The notes under the pieces are model-generated. The model was not told where the DNA came from. It saw nothing but the letters and a program-made list of their open reading frames with translations, and did no database searches. The translations under genes and the position numbers were made by a program. Positions 1 to 9,075 of a DNA stretch of 49,190 nucleotides are shown here, piece by piece (position 1 is the stretch's first letter; each line of letters starts with the position of its first letter). Source of the DNA: Thermoplasmata archaeon (GTDB taxonomy: Archaea > Thermoplasmatota > Thermoplasmata > Halarchaeoplasmatales > Halarchaeoplasmataceae); NCBI GenBank assembly GCA_019594025.1, contig JAFDUB010000001.1:1-49190 (forward strand), in the 5' to 3' direction.

Positions 1-91
1 ACCATGAAAAATAGAATGCTACACCCAAAGCTGCCAGTAAACCGTAAAGCATGCTTAGATGTTCTTTTTTAATAAACTCGTTCTCGGTCAT
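1..91 (-). CDS. Partial ORF (N-terminus only, continues past the window start); small hydrophobic protein
   Basis: Hand translation of the minus strand from the ATG at 91..89 gives MTENEFIKKEHLSMLYGLLAALGVAFYFSW and stays open to the window edge. The hydrophobic stretch suggests a TM helix. It is too short for the ORF track. Confidence 0.25.
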   Translation of the reverse strand, partial: MTENEFIKKEHLSMLYGLLAALGVAFYFSW

Positions 92-135
92 GAATCAAAA
101 AAGAAAGAAAGGGGTTATTAAAAGGTTTTGCCGCT

Positions 136-2334
136 TCAGGACGAATAATGTGATTCGTTGAAGGGCTGTAGATTCAAACCTTTGCGTTCACGTATCTGCT
201 GTGTAATTTCTCCCTGCATATTTCTGGGAACACGTTCGAAGCCGAAGTGTTCTGTGGACCAGAGAGCCTTTCCGCCGGTAACGCTTCGTATATCTCCGGA
301 GAATCCGAACATCTCGGCCACCGGTGCCTTTGCTTCCAGCATGGTGTTTGCTCCCTTCTGTTTCATATCCAATATTTCTCCCCGCCGCTGCTGGATCTCC
401 ACCGTGGTGTTACCCATCAGATCCGCGGGGACGTCTATGAACACCTTTTGTTTAGGCTCAAGAAGAATCCTACCGGCCTGACACATTGCTCCGTAGATCG
501 AGTTCTTTACCGCAGGTATGGTCTGTGCCGGTCCTCTGTGGATAGCGTCTTCGTGCAGTTTGGCATTTACTAATTTAACCTTGACGCCTTTACACTGCTC
601 CCTAGCAAGAGGTCCCTCTTCCATTGCCTCGTGGTAGCTCTCCACCACCAGTTCCATGGTCTCATAAAGATACTGAATACCTTTGGTCATGTTGAGCAGA
701 ACGTTGTCTCCGTGGAAATCAACTATATTCTTTGACTCGTCCTTATCCATACCTAGTTCCTGCAGATCTTTTGCAAGTTGATTCTTGTTCTCTATCTTTC
801 CGCTCACCTTTATGTCGCCTTCTTCAATGGCCTTGACTATCTTTTCTTCCATGGGTTCCACTTCTATGTAGAATCGGTTATGTCGATTTGGAGAAACTCC
901 TTCGAAGGGTCCACCTATACCTTCTACGCTTTCTCTGTAAACCACTATAGGTTTAGAGGAAGTTATAGGCACACCCTGTTCTTCCCGTATCCTGTGTTCG
1001 GTGACCTCAAGATGTAGTTCGCCCATGCCTGACAATAGATGTTCACCGGTCTCTGCGTCGATTTTGACCTCTATACTTGGATCCGCCTTGGCAAGTGACC
1101 TGAGCACTTCGATCAATTTAGGTAGATCCGCGGTGTTTTTTGCCTCGACGGCCTTGGTAACAACAGGTTCCGAGTAATGTTTCATTTCCTCGAAGGGCAC
1201 CATGTTTTCGATCGAACTTACGGTTGAACCTGCGATAGCGTCCTTCAATCCACTGATCGCTACCACGTTTCCCGCCTTTATCTCATCCACTGTTATCCGG
1301 TCGGCTCCGACGCTCAAGGACACCTGCTGAACCCTATTCGGTTTAGGCTGTTTATCTATATGCAGCATCATACCGTTGGAAACCCTACCGCTGAATAACC
1401 TTCCCACAGATATCTCTCCCGCGTGGGGGTCCATGATAATCTTCGTCACCATCATACCGGTGGGACCGTTTTCGTCACACTCTATCATCGCTTTACCGAT
1501 ATCCGATTCCTCATCACCCCTCCATATGTTGGGGATCCTGTACTTTTGAGCGCATATCGGGTCAGGCATATGACGTATTACCTGATTCAGTAGCACTTCG
1601 TGGATGGGTGCCTTCTTGGCTAGTTCCCTATCCTTTCCCTCGTTTATGTACTTGTAGATATCTTTAAAGGATATACCTTTGGCTTTCATGTAGGGTACAG
1701 ATATGGCCCAGTTGTAGAGGGCGGTTCCAAATGCAACCGTACCGTCTTCGACGTTTAATCTCCATTCATCCCTGAACTCTTTAGGAGCCATCTGTTTTAC
1801 CAGCTCGTCAACTTCCTGAATAATGGTATAAAGACGCTGCTGCATCTCATCTCCATCGAGTTTGAGTTCGTTTATCAATCGATCGACTTTATTGATGAAT
1901 AAAATAGGCTTTACCTTCTCCTTCAGAGCTTGTCTTATTACCGTCTCTGTCTGAGGCATAACACCTTCGACACCGCAGACAACGATTATAACACCGTCCA
2001 CGGCCCTCATGGCCCTGGTCACGTCACCACCGAAGTCAACGTGGCCGGGTGTGTCCACCAAATTGATTAAGTATTCATCTCCTTCATAACCGTGCACCAT
2101 AGAAACGTTGGCGGCGTTTATGGTTATACCTCTTTCTTGTTCCTGCTCATCGAAATCGAGCATCAACTGCTTGCCTGCCAATTCTTCGGACATCATACCG
2201 GCTCCAGCAATCAGATTGTCACTGAGTGTGGTTTTACCGTGGTCGATGTGTGCAGCGGTCCCAATATTCCTAATGAACTTTGGCTTATCCATCAATTTTT
2301 GAGCTTTTTGAATATTCTTTTCCTTTCGTCCCAT
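136..2334 (-). CDS. fusA: Translation elongation factor 2 (aEF-2)
   Basis: 732 aa with GTPase motifs AHIDHGKTT, DTPGHVDF and NKVDR. The diphthamide-loop region HEDAIHRGPAQ is present. It follows uS12-uS7 as in the archaeal str operon and ends with TGA. Confidence 0.97.
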   Translation of the reverse strand: MGRKEKNIQKAQKLMDKPKFIRNIGTAAHIDHGKTTLSDNLIAGAGMMSEELAGKQLMLDFDEQEQERGITINAANVSMVHGYEGDEYLINLVDTPGHVDFGGDVTRAMRAVDGVIIVVCGVEGVMPQTETVIRQALKEKVKPILFINKVDRLINELKLDGDEMQQRLYTIIQEVDELVKQMAPKEFRDEWRLNVEDGTVAFGTALYNWAISVPYMKAKGISFKDIYKYINEGKDRELAKKAPIHEVLLNQVIRHMPDPICAQKYRIPNIWRGDEESDIGKAMIECDENGPTGMMVTKIIMDPHAGEISVGRLFSGRVSNGMMLHIDKQPKPNRVQQVSLSVGADRITVDEIKAGNVVAISGLKDAIAGSTVSSIENMVPFEEMKHYSEPVVTKAVEAKNTADLPKLIEVLRSLAKADPSIEVKIDAETGEHLLSGMGELHLEVTEHRIREEQGVPITSSKPIVVYRESVEGIGGPFEGVSPNRHNRFYIEVEPMEEKIVKAIEEGDIKVSGKIENKNQLAKDLQELGMDKDESKNIVDFHGDNVLLNMTKGIQYLYETMELVVESYHEAMEEGPLAREQCKGVKVKLVNAKLHEDAIHRGPAQTIPAVKNSIYGAMCQAGRILLEPKQKVFIDVPADLMGNTTVEIQQRRGEILDMKQKGANTMLEAKAPVAEMFGFSGDIRSVTGGKALWSTEHFGFERVPRNMQGEITQQIRERKGLNLQPFNESHYSS

Positions 2335-2350
2335 AAAAAAATCACCTTGA

Positions 2351-2971
2351 TCATCTTGCGGACTGTGCCATCCTTTCCATTTCGTCCTTTCTGGAAACGC
2401 CGAACGAATTTCGGTCGTTGTTGGATGCCTTTATCAACTCGTCCGCCAAACAGGCGGCGATGCTCTTATCGTTCTTGTAAGAAGCCTTTACCGCTCCTTT
2501 TGCATTGTTACCTAGTGCGATGGAGAGTCTGCGCCAGGGGGAAACGTCTACGGCCTTCGGAACTGATATACCTCCGTAAGTGATCTGAGTGGTCTCTTCC
2601 TTTGGTGCTGAATTCTCTATAGCCCTTACCAGTATCTGCACCGGATTTTGTTTTGTTCTCTCGTGAATTATATCAAAACCTTCTTTGACCGCGTTGTAGG
2701 CCTTTGTCTTTTTACCGGTGTACTTCTCTCCCCTCATCATGGAGCTAATCAGTCTTTCGATTATACTTACTTCCTCTTTACCAAACCTTTTGTTGGCGTA
2801 AGAACCCCCGCTGTGGGGAACGAGTATAGGTTGTAGATTTATGTATCTCTTGAGTCCAGGGTCTTTAACGACGACTTCACTCATATCGTATTTGTCGAAA
2901 AGAAGGGGCATCTCCAGGGTATCGAAAACGCTCTCTTCCTTAACATCCTCTTTTTTATTCATAAAAAACAC
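2351..2971 (-). CDS. rps7: 30S ribosomal protein uS7
   Basis: 206 aa located between uS12 and aEF-2. The archaeal S7-like C-terminal half reads ...ITYGGISVPKAVDVSPWRRL...ELIKASNND. Confidence 0.93.
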   Translation of the reverse strand: MFFMNKKEDVKEESVFDTLEMPLLFDKYDMSEVVVKDPGLKRYINLQPILVPHSGGSYANKRFGKEEVSIIERLISSMMRGEKYTGKKTKAYNAVKEGFDIIHERTKQNPVQILVRAIENSAPKEETTQITYGGISVPKAVDVSPWRRLSIALGNNAKGAVKASYKNDKSIAACLADELIKASNNDRNSFGVSRKDEMERMAQSAR

Positions 2972-2978
2972 ACCTTTA

Positions 2979-3407
2979 TCATCTTAACGGTTTTTCTCTC
3001 CTACCTGCGATAAGTTCTTTCAGGGCCACTCTGTTTACTTTAACAACTTTGAAGCGCACTCCGGGTATATCTCCATATGCCTTTCCTCTCATCCCTCCTA
3101 TACCTTCGATTAAAACTTCGTCGTGTTCGTCTATATAGTTGATAGCACCTTCACCGGGAGCAAATGCGGTAACCTGTCTACCGTTTTTTATGAGCTGGAT
3201 CTTAACACACTTTCTGATGGCCGAGTTTGGCTGTTTTGCTTCTATACCTACTTTTTCCAGCACAATACCTCTTCCCTGGGGTGCACCTTCCAAAGGATCG
3301 GTTTTTTTCTTGAGATCCTTTTCTCTCTTTTTGTAACTAAGGTCACTCCATCTGAACTTTTGTCTGCTTTTTTTTAGTTTACGTGCACAATTTAGACCTT
3401 TAGCCAA
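2979..3407 (-). CDS. rps12: 30S ribosomal protein uS12
   Basis: 142 aa containing the [30 protein letters not shown] core typical of S12. The apparent start is TTG at 3407..3405. Confidence 0.93.
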   Translation of the reverse strand: MAKGLNCARKLKKSRQKFRWSDLSYKKREKDLKKKTDPLEGAPQGRGIVLEKVGIEAKQPNSAIRKCVKIQLIKNGRQVTAFAPGEGAINYIDEHDEVLIEGIGGMRGKAYGDIPGVRFKVVKVNRVALKELIAGRREKPLR

Positions 3408-3483
3408 TGTTTCAACTCCGTTAAACTTTATGGGTTATTGGATTGGGGTCGCTAATAAAGCTTTTGGTATTTAAAATCCTCGC

Positions 3484-4038
3484 TCAAACGAGAATCGGAT
3501 GCCTTTCCTTCATATCTTCTTCCGTTTCCCCGGTCTCGTCCATTATAAGTGCTATCAAGGCGTCTAAAAACACCATGGCGGAATTCTCGAAGACGGTACC
3601 CAACGGTGCCAGGGAAGCGTCCTTTTCAGAGCGGACCACGTCTAGGACCATAAGAACATCAGCAAAATCAGCCAGTGTGGAATCAGGGCTCGAGGTAAGT
3701 ACTATCACCTTTGCCTTCACCCTCTCTGTAACTACTTTCGCCGCCTGTATGGCAGTTTGTGTTTCCCCGGTTTTGGACACAAAAAGTACGCAGTCGCCGT
3801 CCTTAACCGCCGGGGTTATGGTCTCGCCGATAAAAAAGGCCCGTTGTCCTAACTGCATCAATCTCATGGCAAAAGTTCTACCCACGAGACCGGAACGCCC
3901 TGCACCGTATACGAAAACCTGCGGAGCATCTATTATAGTCATGGCGGTTTTACGGACGTCACTTTTATTAGAATTCTTTAAAACTTCGTTCATGGACGTG
4001 CAGATATATTCAATGGACTCAGAGAATTTGATGGTCAT
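3484..4038 (-). CDS. hxlB: 6-phospho-3-hexuloisomerase (SIS domain, PHI)
   Basis: 184 aa single SIS domain with VFVYGAGRSGLVGRTFAMRLMQLG and LFVSKTGET motifs. It is divergent from an HPS gene and overlaps the upstream gene by 4 nt (ATGA). Confidence 0.75.
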   Translation of the reverse strand: MTIKFSESIEYICTSMNEVLKNSNKSDVRKTAMTIIDAPQVFVYGAGRSGLVGRTFAMRLMQLGQRAFFIGETITPAVKDGDCVLFVSKTGETQTAIQAAKVVTERVKAKVIVLTSSPDSTLADFADVLMVLDVVRSEKDASLAPLGTVFENSAMVFLDALIALIMDETGETEEDMKERHPILV

Positions 4039-5063
4039 TTCTTTTTCCTCCTTAAGTCCTTGGCCACTTCCCGAGCGTATATACGCTCGAGTATTACCTT
4101 CATGTACATCGCGTCGTGTTCTTTCAGCGGGGAGTTTGATATTATCGTCACTTCCGGATATTCTTCGATAAGGTAGTCCACCAAAGATTCGAAATTCAGC
4201 TCTCCTCTTTTTATCGGCGTGAGTCGGTAATTTCCTCTTCTCATCTCCATCCCTGAGAAGTTTACATAGTAATTAGATGGAACGAATTTTTTACATTTGT
4301 CGAATACGGCTGCAAAATCATCTTCTGTTTCTAGTTCGTATTCGCCCCTTGCCTTTAGATGTGGAAAGTTGATCACCGGAATAGTTGCAGATACCTTTTT
4401 ACATACTTCTAAAATCTCGTCTAAGCTACCGTAGGCGTCATCTCCAGCCTGGTTCTCCAGGCCTATCAGAGGAGTGTTTTCGTAGTGTTTACTCATCCAA
4501 TCTCTCAGCTCTCGCAAGTTTTGAATAACATCTTCCCGCACATCTTCAGGCTCACTTCCATCATCGAGTAAACCTAGATGGGTTACCACGATTTTTCCAT
4601 TCATTTCCCCCGCCTGTACGGCGGTGTATTTGAATGCCAGTTTGGATTTTTTAACTAAATCGTCATCCTGGGAAGTGAATTTGATGTAGTACGGAGTGTG
4701 AATGGTTAGAACTATGTCCAGCTCTCTGGCCACCCGCCCTATTAAAGGAAGTCTGTAAAATTCCTCTGCCACACCCCCTGATAGGTAATGGGCTACGTCA
4801 CCAACCTTTAGCTCCTTATCCAAATCTTCTACGAATATATCTTTCTCGTCTGACGGTCGGTTAACACCGATGATGAACTTATCTTCTACCTCCCTGCTTT
4901 TAAGACCCGCTTCTTCGTCTGTAACCGGTCTCTGGCTAACGTTCGTTCGAAGGAACTGTACCTCCATAGCTGTGAGACCGAGTTTATGAACGTCCATAAT
5001 ACCATCTAGCAGGGTTCTCCCCTTGCAGGATAGAGGTATTCCACTGGGTCCGAAGCGTATCAT
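4035..5063 (-). CDS. Xylose-isomerase-like TIM-barrel protein, endonuclease IV (AP_endonuc_2) relative; function unknown
   Basis: 342 aa with EndoIV-like blocks TIHTPYYIKF, VVTHLG and LIGLENQAG...GSLDEILEVC. Positions matching the EndoIV DTCH and HLND metal motifs read NFPH and NFSG. There is an acidic insertion after the first strand. Confidence 0.5.
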   Translation of the reverse strand: MIRFGPSGIPLSCKGRTLLDGIMDVHKLGLTAMEVQFLRTNVSQRPVTDEEAGLKSREVEDKFIIGVNRPSDEKDIFVEDLDKELKVGDVAHYLSGGVAEEFYRLPLIGRVARELDIVLTIHTPYYIKFTSQDDDLVKKSKLAFKYTAVQAGEMNGKIVVTHLGLLDDGSEPEDVREDVIQNLRELRDWMSKHYENTPLIGLENQAGDDAYGSLDEILEVCKKVSATIPVINFPHLKARGEYELETEDDFAAVFDKCKKFVPSNYYVNFSGMEMRRGNYRLTPIKRGELNFESLVDYLIEEYPEVTIISNSPLKEHDAMYMKVILERIYAREVAKDLRRKKK

Positions 5064-5205
5064 GTCATACTTTCCCCCTGTAAAAACATCGTCTCATTTT
5101 TTCCCTCATATTTCAGGCGGCTATTTAAATTTACCCCTGAATCTATTATAACTTTATGTTTCTCATTGCCGACACCTTTTTAATCCTCTATTTATACTTA
5201 AGTGC

Positions 5206-6495
5206 ATGAGAGTGAAGTTGCAGGTCGCGCTGGACTTGATGAACCTGAAGAGAGCTATTAGAATCGCCCGTATGGCGGTGGAAGGTGGTGTAGATTTTAT
5301 AGAGGTTGGAACTCCTTTGATAAAATCTGAAGGCATCGAATCGGTGCGAAAGTTAAAAGGGGAGTTTCCCGACAAAAAAGTGGTGGCGGACATGAAGACC
5401 ATGGACGTCGGAGGAGTGGAGGTAGAGATTGCAGCTAAAGCAGGTGCAGATATCGTCGTGGTACTCGCCGCCGCAGACGATGAAACCCTGAAGGAAGCGG
5501 TTAGAGCCGCTCGTAACTACGATGCTCAGATCATGGCGGATATGCTGGGGGTATCCGACCCTGCGGAACGTACAACGGAGGTTTGTAAATTAGGTGTTGA
5601 TTATGTAGGAGTACACGTAGGTATCGATTCTCAGATGAGGGGAGAAAATTCATTGGATGTGCTCTCTCGGGTCGTGGATAAAAGCACCGTACCGGTTGCG
5701 GTGGCTGGAGGTATTACACCGGAGACCGCCGCCTCCATAGCCCAAAGGGGTGCGGCCATCGTGATAGTCGGTGGTGCCATAATAAAAGCAAGCGACGTAC
5801 GAAAGGCAGCCGAGGCGGTACGAAAGGCTTTGGACGAGGGTGTTTCACTTGAATCGGAAGTATCGAAAAAGTTCGGACTAAAAGAGATCAAAGAGGCCCT
5901 TTCCAAAGTATCTACTCCAAATATATCTGATGCAATGCACAGGAGCCCGTGTATGAAAGGTATTCAACAGCTTACTGGCTATGGAAAAAAGGCAATCGGA
6001 AAAGCATTCACCGTAAAAACCGTCGACGGCGATTGGGCTAAACCGGTGGAGGCGATAGAGAGTGCGAATGAAGGTGACGTTATAGTAATCGATTCAGGGG
6101 GTGGTGAAACCGCAGTTTGGGGTGAGCTGGCCTCCTGGTCATGTAAAAATAAAGGCATTTCTGGAATAGTGATAGATGGTGCGGTTAGAGACATTGACGA
6201 CATAGATGAGTTAGATATTCCAGTATTCGCCAGGCATATAGCCTCAAACGCCGGCGAACCCAAGGGTTTTGGAGGTCTAGAGGTCGATATTGTCTGCGGT
6301 GACGTTCGTGTTCGAACGGGAGATTGGATTGTTGGGGATGCCAGCGGTGTGATGGTGATACCAAAGGAAGAAGCGGTGACCATAGCTAACCGAGCTTTGG
6401 ATGTTATGGAGAAGGAGAATCGAATACGGGAGGAGATAAAAGAGGGTAGGACACTATCTGTGGTTATGGAACTGGAGAAATGGGAGAAGGTTTAG
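5206..6495 (+). CDS. 3-hexulose-6-phosphate synthase fused to an RraA-like (HMG/oxaloacetate aldolase-decarboxylase family) domain
   Basis: 429 aa. The N-terminal half is OMP-decarboxylase/HUMPS-like (LQVALDL..., IEVGTPLIK, ADMKTMD, GVHVGIDSQ, VAGGI). The C-terminal half is RraA-like (ISDAM..., GDVIVID, VWGELAS, GIVIDGAVRD). Confidence 0.8.
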   Translation: MRVKLQVALDLMNLKRAIRIARMAVEGGVDFIEVGTPLIKSEGIESVRKLKGEFPDKKVVADMKTMDVGGVEVEIAAKAGADIVVVLAAADDETLKEAVRAARNYDAQIMADMLGVSDPAERTTEVCKLGVDYVGVHVGIDSQMRGENSLDVLSRVVDKSTVPVAVAGGITPETAASIAQRGAAIVIVGGAIIKASDVRKAAEAVRKALDEGVSLESEVSKKFGLKEIKEALSKVSTPNISDAMHRSPCMKGIQQLTGYGKKAIGKAFTVKTVDGDWAKPVEAIESANEGDVIVIDSGGGETAVWGELASWSCKNKGISGIVIDGAVRDIDDIDELDIPVFARHIASNAGEPKGFGGLEVDIVCGDVRVRTGDWIVGDASGVMVIPKEEAVTIANRALDVMEKENRIREEIKEGRTLSVVMELEKWEKV

Positions 6496-6498
6496 TAA

Positions 6499-7326
6499 TC
6501 AAAGAGACGAAGGTTCTACCAACTCCGCTCCCGCACCACAACACCATCTTTCAAGACGTTTGGAAAAGGAACTCGGAAGTCCGCCCGGGTCAATGCATAC
6601 CAAATTCGTCTTCGACTGTTCCAAAGCCATCATCAATCCCTCTTTAGTAAGGTCTTGTAACGCCCATCCTGGGATCAGATGTCCCACAAGCACATCCTTT
6701 TCCTTAACTAAATCGGTAAAATGAGGTGCGTAGTGCCCTCCTCCTACACAGACAACAACAGGCTCGCTTGATTTGCACAGTTCGCCCTGCCTTTCAACGG
6801 CGGAAGCAACCACCTTACCGGCACTTTCATCCAACCACGACTCTTCATCGCTGCCGATCTCTATGTAGTACGTTGGCGTAGTTAGATATGGTCCGTGATG
6901 TGTTACTTCAAAGGACACCTCGTAGTTTTTATTCAGCCCCATTTTTTTCGCCTCTTCATGCAGATATATCAGAGCCGTGGTCATCTCGGCGGGTGCCGGA
7001 GGAACCAACATATGGTCCTTTCCTCCGAATTTAGCCTTACCGAAGTTACCCACGGGGTGAACTGTTAGAGAGTGGATCCCGGCCTTCGAAGCGTGCTTTG
7101 ATATGTACACCACAAGATCGACCTCTACATCCAGCATCTGGGATATTTCTTTATCCACACCGTCCACGTATATGTGGTGTTTGTTGACCGTGGCAAGAAT
7201 ATCTTCACCTCTCCCATAGATTGGATTCCCCTTCCATTCGCCCACACCTTCCCACTTAGAGCTCAACAAATTCTCCTGGATGTTCTGGCTCGCCGGGTCA
7301 CTTTTAGACGAAACGATCAATCGCAT
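6499..7326 (-). CDS. dtdA: D-aminoacyl-tRNA deacylase, archaeal type (DTD2)
   Basis: 275 aa. The N-terminus is MRLIVSSKSDPASQNI. THHGP and VGGGHYAP motifs are characteristic of archaeal DtdA as I recall it. Confidence 0.78.
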   Translation of the reverse strand: MRLIVSSKSDPASQNIQENLLSSKWEGVGEWKGNPIYGRGEDILATVNKHHIYVDGVDKEISQMLDVEVDLVVYISKHASKAGIHSLTVHPVGNFGKAKFGGKDHMLVPPAPAEMTTALIYLHEEAKKMGLNKNYEVSFEVTHHGPYLTTPTYYIEIGSDEESWLDESAGKVVASAVERQGELCKSSEPVVVCVGGGHYAPHFTDLVKEKDVLVGHLIPGWALQDLTKEGLMMALEQSKTNLVCIDPGGLPSSFSKRLERWCCGAGAELVEPSSL

Positions 7327-7390
7327 GACAACTAATATCCAAGCCGATTATAACAATTTTTTGACTACATTCGATATCGTTAAATAAGAC

Positions 7391-7783
7391 ATGATAATAT
7401 TTAACTCCTTAATGGACGAAGATACGCTTACCCAGGTTTACGAATCCTCTCCCAAGTCGATTGCGGATCTGGAAAAGATGGCAATACCTGCAGTACTGAT
7501 CACCTTGGGAGGTTACGTTGCTATGGGTCTGGGATTTACACATTTCTTTGTTTCTGTACTAACCAGGACGGAATTGATATTCGTTTTCCAATTCATCGTA
7601 AACCTTTTTTTCGGATTTGCCCTTTTAGTTTCCAATATGAAGCTGGAAGAGGACATGCGTAGATGGACAATCTTTGCAGCCGTTTTCGGGCTAATACTGA
7701 TGGTCCTTGGAGGTGCGGTTGGTGCCATTTCCGGTTTTATAGCCCTCACCGGCGCCGTACTTGGATTTATAGACGTCGATTGA
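7391..7783 (+). CDS. Small integral membrane protein (about 3 TM), unknown function
   Basis: 130 aa with three long hydrophobic segments: AIPAVLITLGGYVAMGLGF, FVFQFIVNLFFGFALLV and IFAAVFGLILMVLGGAVGAISGFIALTGAVLGF. Confidence 0.5.
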   Translation: MIIFNSLMDEDTLTQVYESSPKSIADLEKMAIPAVLITLGGYVAMGLGFTHFFVSVLTRTELIFVFQFIVNLFFGFALLVSNMKLEEDMRRWTIFAAVFGLILMVLGGAVGAISGFIALTGAVLGFIDVD

Positions 7784-7844
7784 CGGTTAAAATCATCGAT
7801 AAAATAATATGTACCCTACAGTCCTTTCATAAGCAGGTGAGAAA

Positions 7845-8360
7845 ATGAAAAGAAAGATAGAGATCATATCCGATCTCATGGCCGTTTCGGCAAGCACCGT
7901 ACCCAAGGCGGGTGGCGAGTCTTTTATAGACATATCCTTGTTGGACGATGGGGAACGAGAGATACTGGCCGAAGAGATGTTTCAGCTATCGGATGAACTT
8001 AACGATGAAGAGTACTCTAAATACGGCAGGATCATAGAAGAAGAAGCTCTGGCTGTTTTGTTGATAGGACTGAAAGATCACCCACCCCTGGGCATAGACT
8101 GTCGTGGGTGTGGTTTCAAAGATTGCAATGAGTTCCAAAGTACCACCGCCGAGGGCATATTCAAAGGACCGAATTGCGTTTATCGTGTACTGGACATGGG
8201 CATGTCCCTGGGCAGTGCCTTAAAAACCGCCGGCACTCATAACGTCAGGGCGTCCGTAATGATAAAAGGAGGCCTAGCCGCAAAGAACGTTGGATTATCA
8301 ACTGCTAATGTTTGTATTGCGGTCCCAATCATCCTCGACGAGAATCTGCCTTACTGCTGA
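7845..8360 (+). CDS. DUF2148-like Cys-motif protein
   Basis: 171 aa with the CRGCGFKDC...C motif plus a later GPNC. The size and layout match DUF2148 as I recall it. This needs HMM confirmation. Confidence 0.55.
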   Translation: MKRKIEIISDLMAVSASTVPKAGGESFIDISLLDDGEREILAEEMFQLSDELNDEEYSKYGRIIEEEALAVLLIGLKDHPPLGIDCRGCGFKDCNEFQSTTAEGIFKGPNCVYRVLDMGMSLGSALKTAGTHNVRASVMIKGGLAAKNVGLSTANVCIAVPIILDENLPYC

Positions 8361-9075
8361 CTCCTCCCAGCAAAGTTCCGTCCAGCAGGTATACGTTTTC
8401 TTCTCTAACAGTAATATCTCTGAAAAAGGGCCCTAGATAACCATCCTCATTGATACTAATCCCTCCCAGCAACGGGTTAAAATTGGGCATAACAACTGCT
8501 TCTCTCTCTATTTCATCCAACGTATACTTGATTCTAACCCAGCACGCAAGTTTGTTTCGCTGTCCCAAGTTATCCACCAAGGTCACTGAAGGATGGCTGT
8601 GTGCCACAACTAGAATATCCGAATCAAGCACTTCATCTCTGGGCCTGGCGTGGCCGTGGAAGTAACCTACACCATCCCTGCGGTATCCTCTGGAATCGTG
8701 CACTTCAACATCCATGGGAAGATAGTTCTCTATACCGCCGTCATGGTTTCCCACGACCAGATGTATTTCGTCAACTGCCTTCAACCATTCATCTATCGCC
8801 CGTGGTATCTCATCGTACTCCTGCCAGGAAGCCTTTGGAATGTTGTGCTTCAAATCTCCGTTGATGATCAAGCAATCTACCTTATGCTGAACCAGCATTT
8901 CTTTGATTTTGCTAACCATCTGAGGGGTTCTAGTGGTGATGTAGATTCCCTTTTTCTCCAACTCCCTCTCATATCCTATGTGAAGGTCACAAACCACAAG
9001 GGTTGACCCTTTGAGCAGTGCCCGTTGGTTCCACAGAGGTTGAGGAAATTCCATGCTTATATCATAGAGTAGCAA
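8329..9075 (-). CDS. Metallophosphoesterase (calcineurin-like)
   Basis: Motifs VVCDLHIG, INGDLKH, VVGNHD, FHGH and AHSH are present. The start may be the internal Met (MEFPQ...) at 9054, which removes the overlap with glnA. The 3' end overlaps the convergent gene by 32 nt. Confidence 0.75.
   Translation of the reverse strand: MLLYDISMEFPQPLWNQRALLKGSTLVVCDLHIGYERELEKKGIYITTRTPQMVSKIKEMLVQHKVDCLIINGDLKHNIPKASWQEYDEIPRAIDEWLKAVDEIHLVVGNHDGGIENYLPMDVEVHDSRGYRRDGVGYFHGHARPRDEVLDSDILVVAHSHPSVTLVDNLGQRNKLACWVRIKYTLDEIEREAVVMPNFNPLLGGISINEDGYLGPFFRDITVREENVYLLDGTLLGGVSSKADSRRG

Noticed and set aside
47-56. 10-bp perfect palindrome AAGCATGCTT sharing half-sites with the glnA-upstream palindrome.
   Set aside because: It lies inside the coding sequence of the partial ORF at the window start and contains a simple GCATGC core. 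It is most likely coincidental.
3443-4171. 242-aa plus-strand ORF antisense to the PHI gene. The same kind of long antisense or alternate-frame ORF occurs at 14342..14896, 24549..25058, 33230..33949, 34829..35260, 37495..37872 and 46736..47218.
   Set aside because: Each lies entirely within or against a gene that has strong family motifs. Their translations are low-complexity (Ser/Pro/Leu/Ile-rich) with no recognisable motifs. They are shadow ORFs of the real genes.
8329-8360. 32-nt convergent overlap between the DUF2148-like gene and the metallophosphoesterase gene, considered as a possible antisense regulatory arrangement.
   Set aside because: Short 3'-3' overlaps are common in compact archaeal genomes, and nothing in the sequence (structure or repeats) suggests more than tail overlap.
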